Shown here: positions 1 to 12,939 of the stretch, in pieces
How the letters are laid out: every line of letters begins with the position of its first letter
Position numbering within the stretch: the first letter of the stretch is position 1
Assembly (NCBI GenBank): GCA_004764695.1
Contig: SMSO01000025.1
Span: 434,001-498,000, forward strand
DNA: 64,000 nucleotides
DNA from: Schizochytrium sp. TIO01
Taxonomy: Eukaryota; Protista; Bigyra: Labyrinthulomycetes
Direction: 5' to 3'
Notes under the pieces: model-generated
The model's input: the letters and a program-made list of their open reading frames with translations, nothing else
Databases searched by the model: none
What the model was told of the DNA's origin: nothing
Made by a program: the position numbers and the translations under genes

Positions 1-772
1 AAGTGTATCATCGTGCTATTGTCAGGTTCCTCTCATACTGCTATCCATGTCATCTGATTGAGAAAATGTACGTTAAAGTAGGAACTCTAGGCTGGGTCGC
101 TCCCGCGATATAGTCATCTTGGTATTTTCCTTGTGTCGAACTATGTATAAGAAAACAAGAACTTTAATGCTCCATCTCAGAGAGAGAAATTTCAGATTAT
201 AGTAATGAATAGGTAGCTTCGATTTGGTTATATTCTTTCCAACACTTTCCAGCTTTATCAAGACAAAATCTTAACACAGCGCCGACTCGAGGATAGTGTA
301 GCTTTCAAGTATCTTTGTCAAGTTCAAGTTCAAGTCACAAAACTTTCTTTTATATCTACGTTGAAAAGAAAAGAAAAGAAAAGAAAAGGCAATAGGGCTT
401 CCATTGAATTCATGATTCGCGAAGAACACAAACTCATACACAAGCGCAAGGTAGCTAAGGTACGAATGAGCCAAAGTGGTCGGTCCTGATCCTAATGCCA
501 GCTTACCAGCAGACTCGTTGTTTCATTACTTGTTTATGTCAGTGCTAAATTACGAACTTTGGTCTGGCCAGTTTCCAGGTTAAACTACACAACCTCCACC
601 CAGGTCTTTTATATATATCCCCCCCCCCTAGAATAAAAGTAGAAAAAAGGTTTTTGAAGCAATGACTTCCGCCATTATGTATAAATAGAAAAGAAAAAAA
701 AAGGTTGTCTTATTCTTTTCATTGAATAAAGTTTACTTATATTAAAATAAAATACAAAATGAAAATAATAAT

Positions 773-813
<41 letters not shown>
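773..813. repeat. (AAAG)n microsatellite
   Basis: About 10 consecutive AAAG units inside an A-rich island. Confidence 0.95.
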
Positions 814-815
<2 letters not shown>

Positions 816-1236
816 GAAAGATAGAATAGAAAGAATAATTTCCAATCCCTAGTACCTGATCCCTGTTGCCTAGTACCTGTAATTATACATAGAGAAATGG
901 AAATAAGAATAAAATAATACCACGCACACTTTAGGAAAAGGAGTACAACGTCACAGTAAGAATTATGATAAATTAACCCTCTGAATGAAAGACATTGGGA
1001 ATGAAAGACAAGGTGCGACAAAGTAGTGTGAGGGAGAATTTGAGTGCAAAATTGAGTCAATGATCAACCGCACAGAAACACTCAGGCCAAGATCATCAAG
1101 ACAATTAGAAGGACTGCGAGTGCAAATACAGGAGGGCCCAGTTGAGGAGGAGAGCAATTCAATCCCAAAGTACAAAAACCGACTCACTCATCACGGAGTA
1201 CGGTCAGCCCTACACCTTGCTTTGAGCATTGAAGTG

Positions 1237-1288
1237 CTCTAATCTAATCGTCTCAGATCTTACTCTAATCTAATCGTCTCAGATCTTA
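1237..1288. repeat. Perfect 26-bp tandem duplication
   Basis: CTCTAATCTAATCGTCTCAGATCTTA occurs twice head-to-tail. Confidence 0.95.
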
Positions 1289-1859
1289 AGTCGGTGCGAG
1301 TTCCGCCAATTTCACTACATCGGCACCATCATTTGCGAAGGTTGGCGGCGTCTTTCCGAATACTACTTCCTCTGTGTCCTTGATCGCAGTGGAATAGAAG
1401 ACAGCCGTGTCTAGCTAGCTAGCTATTGAACAAGCGTAAAACTGAAGCATTTTTTCCACGAGCCACCTTGCTTGGCCTGTCAGGCACCACGAGCTTCCGC
1501 TGATTCAGATGAGCCGCAAACATCCTAAACGAAGCTAGTCGAGTCTAGCTTTGAAGAAGATCGCAAAGATCCCGGACTCGTTTGACAATGTAGTTACATA
1601 CAGTCTCTACAATAAATGTGCAGAAGATAAGAAGACAACCAAAGAGGACTTTCGATCTATAGACAAAAAAGTGAGGGGGCGGACCACGCGTGCAATCATG
1701 TATCCATCCGCCGCGATCTTGCACATTGACTGCGCCTTGGACTTACTATCGGCTGGCAACGGGCCAGAAGCCCACGGCCTCGTTGGAAGCTCGCTAGGTG
1801 CGTGGATTGTGCGCCTTGTTTGGACGTCCGGGCCTCAGCTTGCTTTGGGCATACATTTG

Positions 1860-2011
1860 CATTCATTCATTCATTCATTCATTCATTCATTCATTCATTC
1901 ATTCATTCATTCATTCATTCATTCATTCATTCATTCATTCATTCATTCATTCATTCATTCATTCACTCACTCACTCACTCACTCACTCACTCATTCATCG
2001 CTTCATTCATT
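1860..2011. repeat. Compound (ATTC)n-(ACTC)n microsatellite
   Basis: About 26 ATTC units switching to about 7 ACTC units, then degenerate ATTC. Confidence 0.97.
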
Positions 2012-3745
2012 CGTAGAGGAGGAACATCTTTTCTGACTGAAGCGTGTGGCCTCAAGCTTCTCCAAAAGCGTGTGCTCGAGAAGAGCTTTGATTGACGCTG
2101 TATATTCTCGGAGTGCCTCGGAAAGCAGACGAGCTAGCACGCACACGCCAAAATAAAAATGGCTTGAGTTCGCTCTAGCTGTGACGTGAGTCATGGCACT
2201 CCTGAACTTCAGTCAGGATCTTCTTTCCTTGGATTCAACTTGAGGCAAGCCAGCAGATACATCGCAATGTGTCAACGAGCTCCAAGTCTTGCTGTAAGGA
2301 GCGAGCCTCGACGGTATGCGCGTACGAAGTTCACGGGTTTCGTGGTCCTGATCAACCACCCTTTGGGTGCCATCTCACACACTTGATTCCTTGCAAAAAG
2401 AAATGAGTGAGCTGTAATTCGCTTTTTTTTGTTATTGCCTTTTTCTTTGTTGGTCGGGTAGGTAGGTACTCAATCGTTAACTAGCTAGCTTACGTACTTA
2501 CGTACTTATTTATTGACGTACTTACTTAAGGCTTCAATGAAGTTCGACGTCATCTTGTTATCTGAACCTACTACTTCACTTCAAGGTTTCAGTTGTTTGC
2601 TTTTAGACAGCTTTACAAAAACCTGAGATGCGTTTATTTATTTATGTTCGAAGTCTCCTCGAAAATAGCTAATAGCAGCTACAATGTGTGTGGATATTAA
2701 TTAATACTGTCCATAACAAAAATGAAAGAAAAAAGTACTCATTATTTTAAAAACTGTTTAAATATTAAACTGCAAAGTTTTAAAATGAAAAGGGAAAGAA
2801 ATAAAGAGGTCTCTTTGTCTTAGGTAGGAAGTAGTACTATCTTCGTCGTGGGTCTTTCATTATATTGCTGCCCAAGTGCGTTTATGTTGGTTGGTCTGCT
2901 ACTCCAGCGAAGTGACCCGTGGCACACCAGCATGGCAGGCATTCTCCAACGCTGCCGCACCAGCACAGCTTGCCGCACGAGGAGAAGACGAGGCCGACAA
3001 CGTGGAGGACTGGCCACCTTTTAGCCTGCCTTCAAGCGAGCTAGCTAGCCGTCCAAATCTACGCTACTTTCAGGTAATTTATGGTGTTCTGGCAAATTCG
3101 CTTTAGAGAGCTGCATCGTCAGAGATGGCCTTGAAAACCTACTTGCTCAGCAGTTGTCATTTCGTGGTGCGTGCTATTCGGTGAGTAATGGGGCCTTTCT
3201 AAATTCATTCGAGTTTGTGATGAAGTTGTTTTCCTGTTGTGGTGGTGGCATTTGGAGGCATGCTCATCGCTGAGACGGTAAAGCTCTAAGCGCGAAGGCC
3301 CGTCTGCGAATTATCAACCAGCCAGCTTGCCTCTGGACGCAGGGTTCAGGTAGGTGCCACTAGTTTGCAAGATGTTCAGAACGGTTCGATCGAGTAAAGC
3401 AGCATGGCCACGCGCGGGCTAAACAAGTTGAAATCAGTGTCCGAAGGAAGACCGACTACCCCTTTCAGCGCCAGCCCGTTAGAAGCACCATGGCGCTGGC
3501 CTCTGGCACGAGAGGCCTACCCGAACTTCACAATAAAAAATGAAGTAGAGATTCGAGCAGCTTGGGCAGCACTCCTTCTTCATTTCTCTACAGAATTTGG
3601 CCTTTGGCCTTTGAACAATCTATAACCCATCCGGTCAGACCCCTCGTCAAGAGTGCGCCTCTGAAAGAATCGACATCAGTGAACTCACCCACAAAGTATT
3701 TACCAAGGGGCAAGTTTGGTGCTTTGCAAGCGAGTGGACGGCCTT

Positions 3746-3793
3746 ATTTGTTTGTTTGTTTGTTTGTTTGTTTGTTGTTGGTTTGATGTTTGT
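3746..3793. repeat. (TTTG)n microsatellite
   Basis: Seen directly; degenerate at the 3' end. Confidence 0.9.
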
Positions 3794-4629
3794 TGGTAAC
3801 AGGCATCCGTCCATTTAGTCGTTTGAGATGAGTCCCGCTCGCGAAAGGGATTTTGCCGCAGTTTTCACATGCCAGGACAGCAGAAAAGACAAGAGAAGAG
3901 ACCGTGTTTGGTATGTACGAATGAAAGAACTTCACGACAAGATCGGAGAAACAAGCCCGCAACCGACCCTGTCGCGAGTCAATCATTCGCTGCTGCTCCA
4001 CGCGTTATGCGTGGATGGATGGACGCACGGATGGATGGATGGATGGGTGGCGAGACTTCTTCACCACGTGCTGCAGCTCAGAGCTTCTGCACTCAATACG
4101 TGCCAACAAGCTGCACGTCGTTATGGTTATTTCGTCCGCGCTTGCCCCGACCTGGCAGGGTTGTGGAGCTTCGATGTATGAAAGGGCAACAATCAAATCT
4201 AATTATTGCCAAAGAACAAGTAAGAAGCAGAGAGCGCATATTGTTCCTCTATACCGCTGGTTCGAGGCAAAACGAAACAACAATAAATGTAGTGGCCGAA
4301 ACAGAGATAGATAGACTTAGTCTCACGTATTACTGTTAGGTACTCGCTTGCTTGCATTGACTGACCGACTTACTTTTAGTTGGGTTCTTCTTTTTTCCTT
4401 AAAACTAAAAAGTTACAAAAAAGTTATTATTGTAGAGTTATCATTATTATTCTTGGAATAATGTATTTTTTTCCTTCTAAAAATAAATACAATACAGATG
4501 ATGTGACATGGCGGTGAAAAACATAATGATAATAAGATAATTGCATTGGTATTTTATTTATTTGCCAGTAAAGGAAGAAAGCATTTCAATTGAAACTAAA
4601 AAGAAAAGATATTAAGTGAAAAATAAATA

Positions 4630-4656
4630 AATATATATATATATATATATATATAT
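4630..4656. repeat. (AT)n microsatellite in an AT-rich island
   Basis: Seen directly. Confidence 0.95.
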
Positions 4657-5411
4657 TACAGAAAAAGAGAAAGCCAAAAATTGAAACCGAATAAAATACA
4701 AAATAAAATACGCAGCTCTACTTTTTAATTTAATAAATATATTTATTAATTAAAAAATGAAAATGAAAAATGAAAAAGGCCGATGAGAGAGAGGACTTCG
4801 GTAGTAGTAAGTACCACTACTACTACTACTACTACCCGATTGTCTTGGTTCAAAGTAAACTTTATTTTCCCAAGAACAAGCTTGAGTGGATTCAGTTATT
4901 GTTGGCTTGCATCACCAAAAGTAAGTATCTGTGTATCAGTAGGTAGTTCGGTTGCTTGTAGAAAGGAGCAAAAACTAAACAAAAACCTTCCCAGCATTCA
5001 AAGAAAACGACGATAGAGTTGCGATTACAAATAATTCAAGTTGTGAAACCTTAAAAGGTACCTTCGAAAGCAGAAAGGTATGGTCATCATGAGCCACTCA
5101 AAAGCGTGGTGCTTCTAGAAAGAGCGCCGCTTCTATGATCGCCTCGCTTCAGGACCCATTGACCATGCCGTCCGAAAGGTGGAGTCGGGTCTCTCAATAC
5201 TCGGAAGAAGCTTTTTAATAGTCCTTCGAACTACATTTGGACAAAATCTTGCACGTATGAAAGGCTTTAACCCTAAAAGAAAGTATGCAGACAGGTGAGA
5301 TCTTCTCTCGAAAAAAGCAAACCAAAACCATCAAGAAAGTAGTTAGCTAGCTGAGCAAGCTCTCTATTTACTCATTTACGACTTGTTATAAGTACTTAAT
5401 GAATGAATAAC

Positions 5412-5437
5412 CAAGCAAGCAAGCAAGCAAGCAAGCA
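5412..5437. repeat. (AAGC)n microsatellite
   Basis: Seen directly. Confidence 0.9.
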
Positions 5438-7113
5438 AATAAGCAAAACAAAGTAAACAAATGAATGCTCAGGTACCTTGAAAACTGCCATTATTGCAGC
5501 CAGCTGGCTAATAAACTCGACGGACTGATTGAGCTCTTTCAAGATACCTACCTAGCTCGCTATGAGTAGGTAGGTACTTATTGCCTACTCACGTACTTAC
5601 GTACCTACTTGTTTACTTACTTACTTACGTACTTACCTACTTACTTAGTTTCTTGCTTCGCGGAGACGCCGATGATCCCCTCCGAGAAGAACCTAGCCCA
5701 CCAACAGACTGCCCAAGCCGTCAGCCAGGGGACGCATACACACCATTATGCATTCAAGACGACGCCGCTCATTCGAACCAGATGACGCCTGGGAATCCTC
5801 GACAATGTGAATCAACTCCGGTGTTGATGAACATAAACCCTAACGCAATGAAAGCTATATGCAGTAGGTAGGGAGTAAGAGCCTACAAGGGAGAGCTGCT
5901 AGCTGGCTTAGTTTAGCTTAGCTAGCTATAACGCTAGAGCTAGCTAGCTTGGTCATGTTCAAGTTTGATTATTCGGGTAACTGCAACTAATGAAGAACGG
6001 ATAAGAGAGCTTGAGCTAACTTCGAGTAGACGGAGGAAGAGTGCGAATGATGGTCACGATGACGACCCAGAATAACACTTCTAGTCATGAGAGCATTGCT
6101 TTTACGTGAGCTTTTCGCCCGTCCGGGTAAAAGGCGCCTCTGCGTGTGCTGCTTTCATTTCGTTTGCCGCTTTTCTCTATATATACTTTTTTCTTTTTCT
6201 TTTCCTTTCTTTCTTTCTAAATACAAAGCATATGAACGCAGGCATCCATATTTTTTTATTTTTTTATTATTTTTTTTAAATGGTGGATTTTAAAGGTTTA
6301 TATGCCTATTTTAATTATTAGTTGAAATTTTAATGTAAAAAAATATGGTTGAATTTGTTTCCCGTCACTGGAGGAACATAACAGGTAATAAAAATGATGA
6401 GGTGCCTCGAATCCCGCCATGTTCAGTTTCTGAAAACTTCAGCTCGAGCGGGATGGTTTGCAACATAGTTGTGCGAAAGGAGGCGCCAGAGAAGGTATCC
6501 AACTATCCTACGACTGCCTGCCGCCCTGTCGACAGTCCCACCGCCAGCGAGCCCAACCGCGAGCATCTCGAGAGAGAGAAAACTCGAAGCGCGGCGAACG
6601 ATCAGAGGGGACAGAGGCTCTTTGGCAATCGATTATTACAGTGGCCAACTGAGAAGAAGCACAAGAGGAAGAAGAAGATGGTTTATGACTGTTCTCTTTC
6701 GAAATGAGCGCATGAATGAATGAATGAATAAATGAAGGAAGGAAGGAATGAATCCGCGGCGCGGTTCTTTGCAAACAATTGCGGCGTTGAAAAGCTTCAA
6801 GCTTTCGAAGAGAGTTATTCAACTCGAGCGCCTGCTCTCCAATCGATGCCTTCCTATGATCTCAGCCGCAGTCATTCATTGGCATTCGAAGGGTTGCCGC
6901 TTTCTCTAATCAAAGTTCTTCCCAATCGCGTGGGAAAAGCGGCGGTGGACAAGAACCCGAGTGGCCGAACTGTGAAAACTAACTGTCCTCAAAGCTTCTC
7001 TAGAGCAAAAGCGAAAGCGACCAGCACATCTGGCGGTACAAGCGAACAGCACAGCCGGCTTCTGCACCCGAGGTTTAATGGCCTGGCTAGCTAGCTGGCC
7101 TCTGAAAGAAAAT

Positions 7114-7148
<35 letters not shown>
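7114..7148. repeat. (AAGC)n microsatellite
   Basis: Seen directly. Confidence 0.95.
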
Positions 7149-7149
<1 letters not shown>

Positions 7150-8156
7150 GGGATGAACGACTGCAGCGAAGCATGAAAGGGGAGAGACACCCTCACTCGT
7201 ATTCTCATGATGGACTTATTACAGCAATAAAGCAATAACAGAGACACAGCAGGTGCTTGTAGACTTTTTATGAATTTATAGTGCTTAGTTTCCATCCTTG
7301 TTTTGCCTGCTTTGTCCCAGTTTTAGTGCTTCTTGAAACAAACGAACAAATGAGTAAATTCCGCCAATAATTAACCAGGCACATGACATGAAGGTGAAAG
7401 CAGAGTGCCACCGAAGCCCATAATTTCCATGAAAAGCTCGTCCTTGCTGCATGCAAGCTTCAAGAGCGGTGCCTTGCCTTCATTTCGCACCGTATTCTGC
7501 GTTTTGCTCGCAGCCCGTCGATGCTCGCGGCTGGCATCTATATCTAAACTCGAGCCAGCTTGGGACGATCGCTCGCCATTCGTTGCTGTCCTTCTGCTCA
7601 TGGCCTCCAGGCGGGCGGCCCTTGGCTCGCAGCGCACAGCGGTTGTAATGAGTGATCTTGGAAAAGGTTCGCGCCAAATGGTTGAACGAGAACAGCCATA
7701 AAGAGCATCGCAGCAGAGAGGGAAAATCTACAGCGATCACGTAGAGCGAGCTGTCTGTCCTGAGAAGAGGCGGGCCGACAGAATCGCTGTGCAGCGAAAA
7801 CGGTATCAGTGAGTGGGCGGCATCCGTAGTTCTTGCTTCTGCTTCTGCTGCCGCTGCTGCTGTTGCTGTCGTTGACGGTGGCGGAGGACGGAGACTGAGG
7901 CTGCCAAGGCACCTAATGCGAGAAAGTCTGATTGGGCTCGGACTCGGCTTGAAAGACGGCGGAACTCGAAGAAATCAATTGAAGCCTCTGGCTTGCCTGG
8001 CCGGCCCACAGTGAAAGGTCCGACGTGTCTATTCCCACCTTCCCTGGCTTGTATATAGAGAGCTGTGGGCTGTGGGCTGTGGGAGGAATCCCCCTCCCTC
8101 CAGATATAGCAGCACACAGGTTGCGAAGAGAGAGGCCCATATTTTGATTGCTAGAG

Positions 8157-8165
8157 TTCTTTCTT

Positions 8166-8196
<31 letters not shown>

Positions 8197-8239
8197 CTTC
8201 TTTTTTTCTTTTTTTTTTTTCTTTCTTTCTTTCTTTCTT
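8157..8239. repeat. Polypyrimidine / poly(T) tract
   Basis: About 80 nt of only T and C, including a T run longer than 25 nt. Confidence 0.95.
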
Positions 8240-9698
8240 GTGATGAATTGATTGAAATTAATGATTTCAAAGAGATTGCCACTCGGAGCTGCGAGTGCCT
8301 TGGCCTAGCGTCATGGGCGTATAAACGACTAGAATTTTCAATGACGGGACAACTGCTGCGTTTGCCTTCGCGTGCGATTTAAGAGTTTTTCAATGGAGGC
8401 AGAAATGAACACGACTGTCGGCCAATCATGTGAATTTAGAAGTTATCTCACACCTGGCAGGACAGAAGATGCCGACGTTGAAGTTTGGAAAGTACCCTAC
8501 ATTCGATGTTCGATCCCGAACCTGTTCGAGAGCAAAAGATTTGCTATTGCGGGCGATCATGCCTGGCTGTTGATAATAAATTCCATCCATGCTGAGTTTT
8601 GAAACTTTTCTGAATTGGGCCTAACGGCAGCATTTGTTAACATTCACCGACTTTACATTTTCCGATTTAGCCGGCAGTAAGTCATTCGGCCCAATGTAAC
8701 CTTGGGCAATTGCTCGGAGCTATCTTAACATGATAGTCTTGCTCCAATGGTGCCTTTGCTGTTCCATTAGCAGCATCACCAGAACTTCAGAATTTGTACG
8801 GGGCGAAACGTTGCATAATCAATTTAAATTACAAAAAGGGAATTAACCACACTACTTTCATCAATCGCATCGGAGTTCAAACGCTCCGACCAGTGGAACG
8901 TCGCAAAGAACGCACTGATTCTCTTGAGCAGGTTGCGTCTACTACTATCTGGTAACTTCAATGTTCCTCGTCCAAGAATGAGCTTTCAGGACATCCATCA
9001 GTTGATGCGTTTCTCTAAAAAAAGGAATTCTTTCATATTCGTCATTCTGTGAGCAGGAGAATCTTTCGTGGCAGCGTCTTCATAGAAAAAGCATCCACCA
9101 ACCAATTCAATTCACACGTCGGTGCCCATATTGTGCATGTCGTAGCTCGGCGCCGAGGCCCTCACAGCGCTTGGAAAGACAGCCATGCTGTGCTGTGTGC
9201 TCCAGGACAATCCTTAGCTCCTAGCACAGCCGCTTAGCCGGTCTTAGGCATTGTGGGGTTTTGTAATTCTCACGACTGAACCTTGATCACCACAGCAGCA
9301 CACTACTAAACTACTGCTACCACCACCCTTCCCTACTTCTCACTATTTTTTAAAATAACAAATAATTATATTTCTTACAATACAAATACTAAAAAAAAAA
9401 TAATAACAACCTTTGGCTAACTGAAGGACTCTGACTGATAGAAGGACTGATTGTCCCTTCCAGTTTGTCTCTAGAGATAGATGAGCTCTCCATACCACGC
9501 CCGTATACCGCAGCACTTCTTTGTTCCATTTCGTCCAACTTCCATCGTGACCATGGATGGCGCCAAGAGCTCCAAGCCCGATCGAATTCGCGAAGCTTGG
9601 CAGACGATTGAAGAGTGAGAGTGAAATGAGTGAGAGCCGCTATCACTCAAGCAGCGCCCTGTGCTTATGGGCGCTTTACTTATTCGTGAACAGCTTTC

Positions 9699-9699
9699 T

Positions 9700-9752
<53 letters not shown>

Positions 9753-9760
9753 CGCTCGCT
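9699..9760. repeat. (TTGC)n-(TCGC)n microsatellite
   Basis: About 13 TTGC units followed by CTCG variants. Confidence 0.95.
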
Positions 9761-10651
9761 TACTTAGTTGTTCGCGAGCGATCGACTCGGTCCAGCTGTG
9801 CTGACTAAAGAAAGCTAAAAGCTGTTTCGAGGTAACAGTTAATATGGAGAAGCACTGTAGCTAGAACAGAAACCATATCGATTTCGGGATAGAACAAACC
9901 CCCGGGTAGGCTCTGAGAGAGACAGAGACAGAAAGGGTTGATAGGTGCCTACGTAGCAGTTTTCAAACAACGCCTGCAAGATTCCAAATGCTTGACTGAC
10001 CTACTACTAGATGACTGGCTACAGACTATCGATTACATGAATTAAAACCCAAGATCAAATTTCATGCCTTTCTGCACGCCGCTCTCTCTCTCTCTCTCTC
10101 ATACACACACGCACAGGCGTGAATTTACTGACACCACAATTAGTGTCTCCGAGTCGAAGCTTAAGCTAGCTTGCTTCCTTGTTACGATATGCTTCCACGG
10201 CAGCTGTAGTTTAAACATTTAACATCATTCTGCAGCGGTGGACATCACGAGTGCCTGCTTGAATTTATAAAACCTTTGGTAGCGAGCGAGCGAGCGAGCG
10301 AGCACATCATGATGGTGATGATGATGATGATCATCATCATTATATGCTGGCAGTAGCTTCCCCCATTCGAGGCTCGCAATAAGTCCTCGACATCTCGGTT
10401 TCTGAATTCTCGCATTTCTGAGGCCTCAGCTGCTTACGAGGTACCACCCACCCACCTCCTTACGTTTCCAAAATCCATTTCCAATTCCATCTCCACTTCC
10501 ACTTCTGATCCTAGCTAGCTAGCTAGCTAGCTCCAGTTCTAATCTCAACCCCGACTCCTCCATTTTCCACTACGGCTTCCACGAGAGCTTAGGATCTACG
10601 CGGCAGCGCGCCTGATCCTCCCTCTGCTCCCCCTCTTGGACTTCGATCGAC

Positions 10652-10720
10652 CCATCGCAAGCTCAATCCATCGCGAGCTCAATCCATCGCGAGCTCAAGC
10701 TCAATCCATCGCAAGCTCAA
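10652..10720. repeat. 16-bp minisatellite GCTCAATCCATCGC(G/A)A, about 4 copies
   Basis: Repeated GCTCAATCCATCGCGA units with one internal GCTCAA insertion. Confidence 0.85.
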
Positions 10721-12056
10721 ACAATCGCTCACTCAGTTGCGGAGTCTGTCTGTTTGTCCGCCAAGCTGTATAGCACGCAGTAGGTACCTACTGTGGAGAA
10801 GTGGCCTGCTGCCTTCCACCTTGTTTCGAGGTTCGCAGTCTGTTCGTTTAGCGCCCTTAATGTACTCCTACGCTCTTCGATTGTCTCTCCTCTCCCAAGA
10901 GCGCCTTCCAACTCGGTCCCCGTGAACTGCATTCCCGAGGTTCGCCACGAGCCTCGAACAGGAAGCGTCCGCGGGAGCTCCTCGCTACTCACTCACTTAG
11001 TTAGTTGGTCCTCGCACAAGCGTCCCTGGCTCCGTCCGGACGCACGGCTGCGAACCAACCTCGAGTCCAACTTCTTAACTTCTTCTCTCTCCCCCCCCCC
11101 CCCCCTCGCTCTTTTATATCTAGCTTGCTCGCACATTTATGTGTGGCTGCGGAGAGACTTCTTTCTTTCTCTCTGCTCCTTTCGCCTGCGATCTCAAACT
11201 GCACTTTAGTACTACGATCCCATGAATGGCGCTTTACTTGAACAAGAAAAGAGCGGCAGCCGAGACATGAGTGAATGAATGAGTGAATGAATGAGTGAAC
11301 GATTGAGTGCGATGCTGTGGATGTTTGACTTTATTTTCATAGAATATCAAATCATGAAGATAAATTAATTGACGATAAATAATAAAGAATGGCCGATTGC
11401 TCAAGCAAGCAAGCGGTGTCTTGAGAAATAACCTGATGCAATGCAGCGCATCGCGTGGAACGAGCGACTCGAACGGATGTGCGAACGAGCGAACGAGCGG
11501 TGACTGATTTATTCCTCGCAGCGCAGCGTTACGCTAGACTGTCTCACCTTATCTTGCTTGTCTTACCTTGTTCTCAGCCCTGCACAACAAACCGCAGAGA
11601 CGCCAACAACGACACGCTTGCTGTAAAGATCTCGGTCGGCCGAATCTCGCGGTATCCGCAAGCAAGAGCACCACAAGCAAGCAGTCAGCCAGCCAGGCAA
11701 GCAAGCAGGCCAACGAATAATCCAAGGCAAGCTATCTTGAGACCTCCTCGAGTCCTTCCAGTCGAGGGAGCGAGCCTTAACTCTGTGGTGGCCGCCGAGG
11801 AAGGCGGTGGTCGTGGTCTCGAAACAGATCCCGAGTTCCCGCCTCTCCGACTCGCGAATCGGTAGCGGCGAGGAGGGCGAGGAGGCTTCCTTGCTCTTGC
11901 TTGCTCTTGCTTGCTTGCTTGCTTGGTCTGCTTTGTGGGCTCTTTGTGGACTCTTTGTGCCACGGGATGCCTGCCTCAGCTCACGAAGCAAACATCGCCT
12001 TGGCTCCAAGAGAGATTGCTTTGGCGCCGTGCCACGTACAGATGGGGTTTCAGGAC

Positions 12057-12093
12057 AGAAGAAGAAGAAGAAGAAGAAGAAGCAGAAGAAGAA
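12057..12093. repeat. (GAA)n trinucleotide repeat
   Basis: Seen directly; one GCA interruption. Confidence 0.9.
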
Positions 12094-12156
12094 GGACAGA
12101 AGCCCAACCCTGGGTTGCGGCTCGTTGGTCTGGGTTTTGTCTGCCTGCCGGCATTT

Positions 12157-12204
12157 CATGCATGCATGTATGTATGTATGTATGTATGCATGCATGCATG
12201 CATG
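12157..12204. repeat. Compound (ATGC)n-(ATGT)n-(ATGC)n microsatellite
   Basis: Seen directly. Confidence 0.9.
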
Positions 12205-12903
12205 CTTCTGTTTGCTCGTCTATGGACGCCATCTGGAGATAGTTCAAGTGCGAATGCTCGATTGACGAATCGATGGATCGATCGTTCGATCCACGAGGCT
12301 GCATATGCTAAGCTGCAGGCCAAGCTGCCGAAGACCGTGGCGGCGACCGAATGTGAATGCATGTCGTGGACCTGGAACAGCGGCGAAGAACGAAGTTTAT
12401 GTACGAATGCAGCTATTATGCCACTCCATCGCATTGCATTCGGCGGTTGCAGCGCATCGCAGCGCATCTTTTCAGGAGCGAATCCACATTGCGTTATCTT
12501 ATATCTTATTTATTGCATTCAACGTATTCATTCATTCATTCATTCATTCATTCTTTTTAGCACAGCCGGAAGCGCTTCTGCAGACAGCGTGTGTCGCGAC
12601 GAGGATGGAGTTGCGTCGCAATTGCTGCAGACCAGACGCAGCTCCAAGCTTGCTCGCTGCACTCGCTCGGGTGGCTTGAGAGCGGACGGCCTTGATCGAT
12701 CGATGGATTGATTGATCGATCGATCGATGGAGACTTCGCTGCCTTTGGTTTCTTTGTCCTCCTTAGCTTTTTGAAAGTAACAAGTGCCAGCAGGAAGAGA
12801 GCGCACTTTCGCCACAGAAGTTCAACGTGCCGAGTCTTCGGTCGAACCAGGGTTCCAAAGGCGACGATTAACGCGGCATCCTTCTTCCTACGCTCGCTTC
12901 CTG

Positions 12904-12904
<1 letters not shown>

Positions 12905-12938
<34 letters not shown>
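12905..12938. repeat. (GCTT)n microsatellite
   Basis: Seen directly. Confidence 0.93.

Positions 12939-12939
<1 letters not shown>

Noticed and set aside
1551-2095. ORFs with HSFI repeats (similar cases: LACL, KYKC, FEFE and LLCFA ORFs at 9557, 11911, 17784, 20172, 59134, 59347)
   Set aside because: They stay open only because microsatellites lack stop codons, and show no protein-like sequence.
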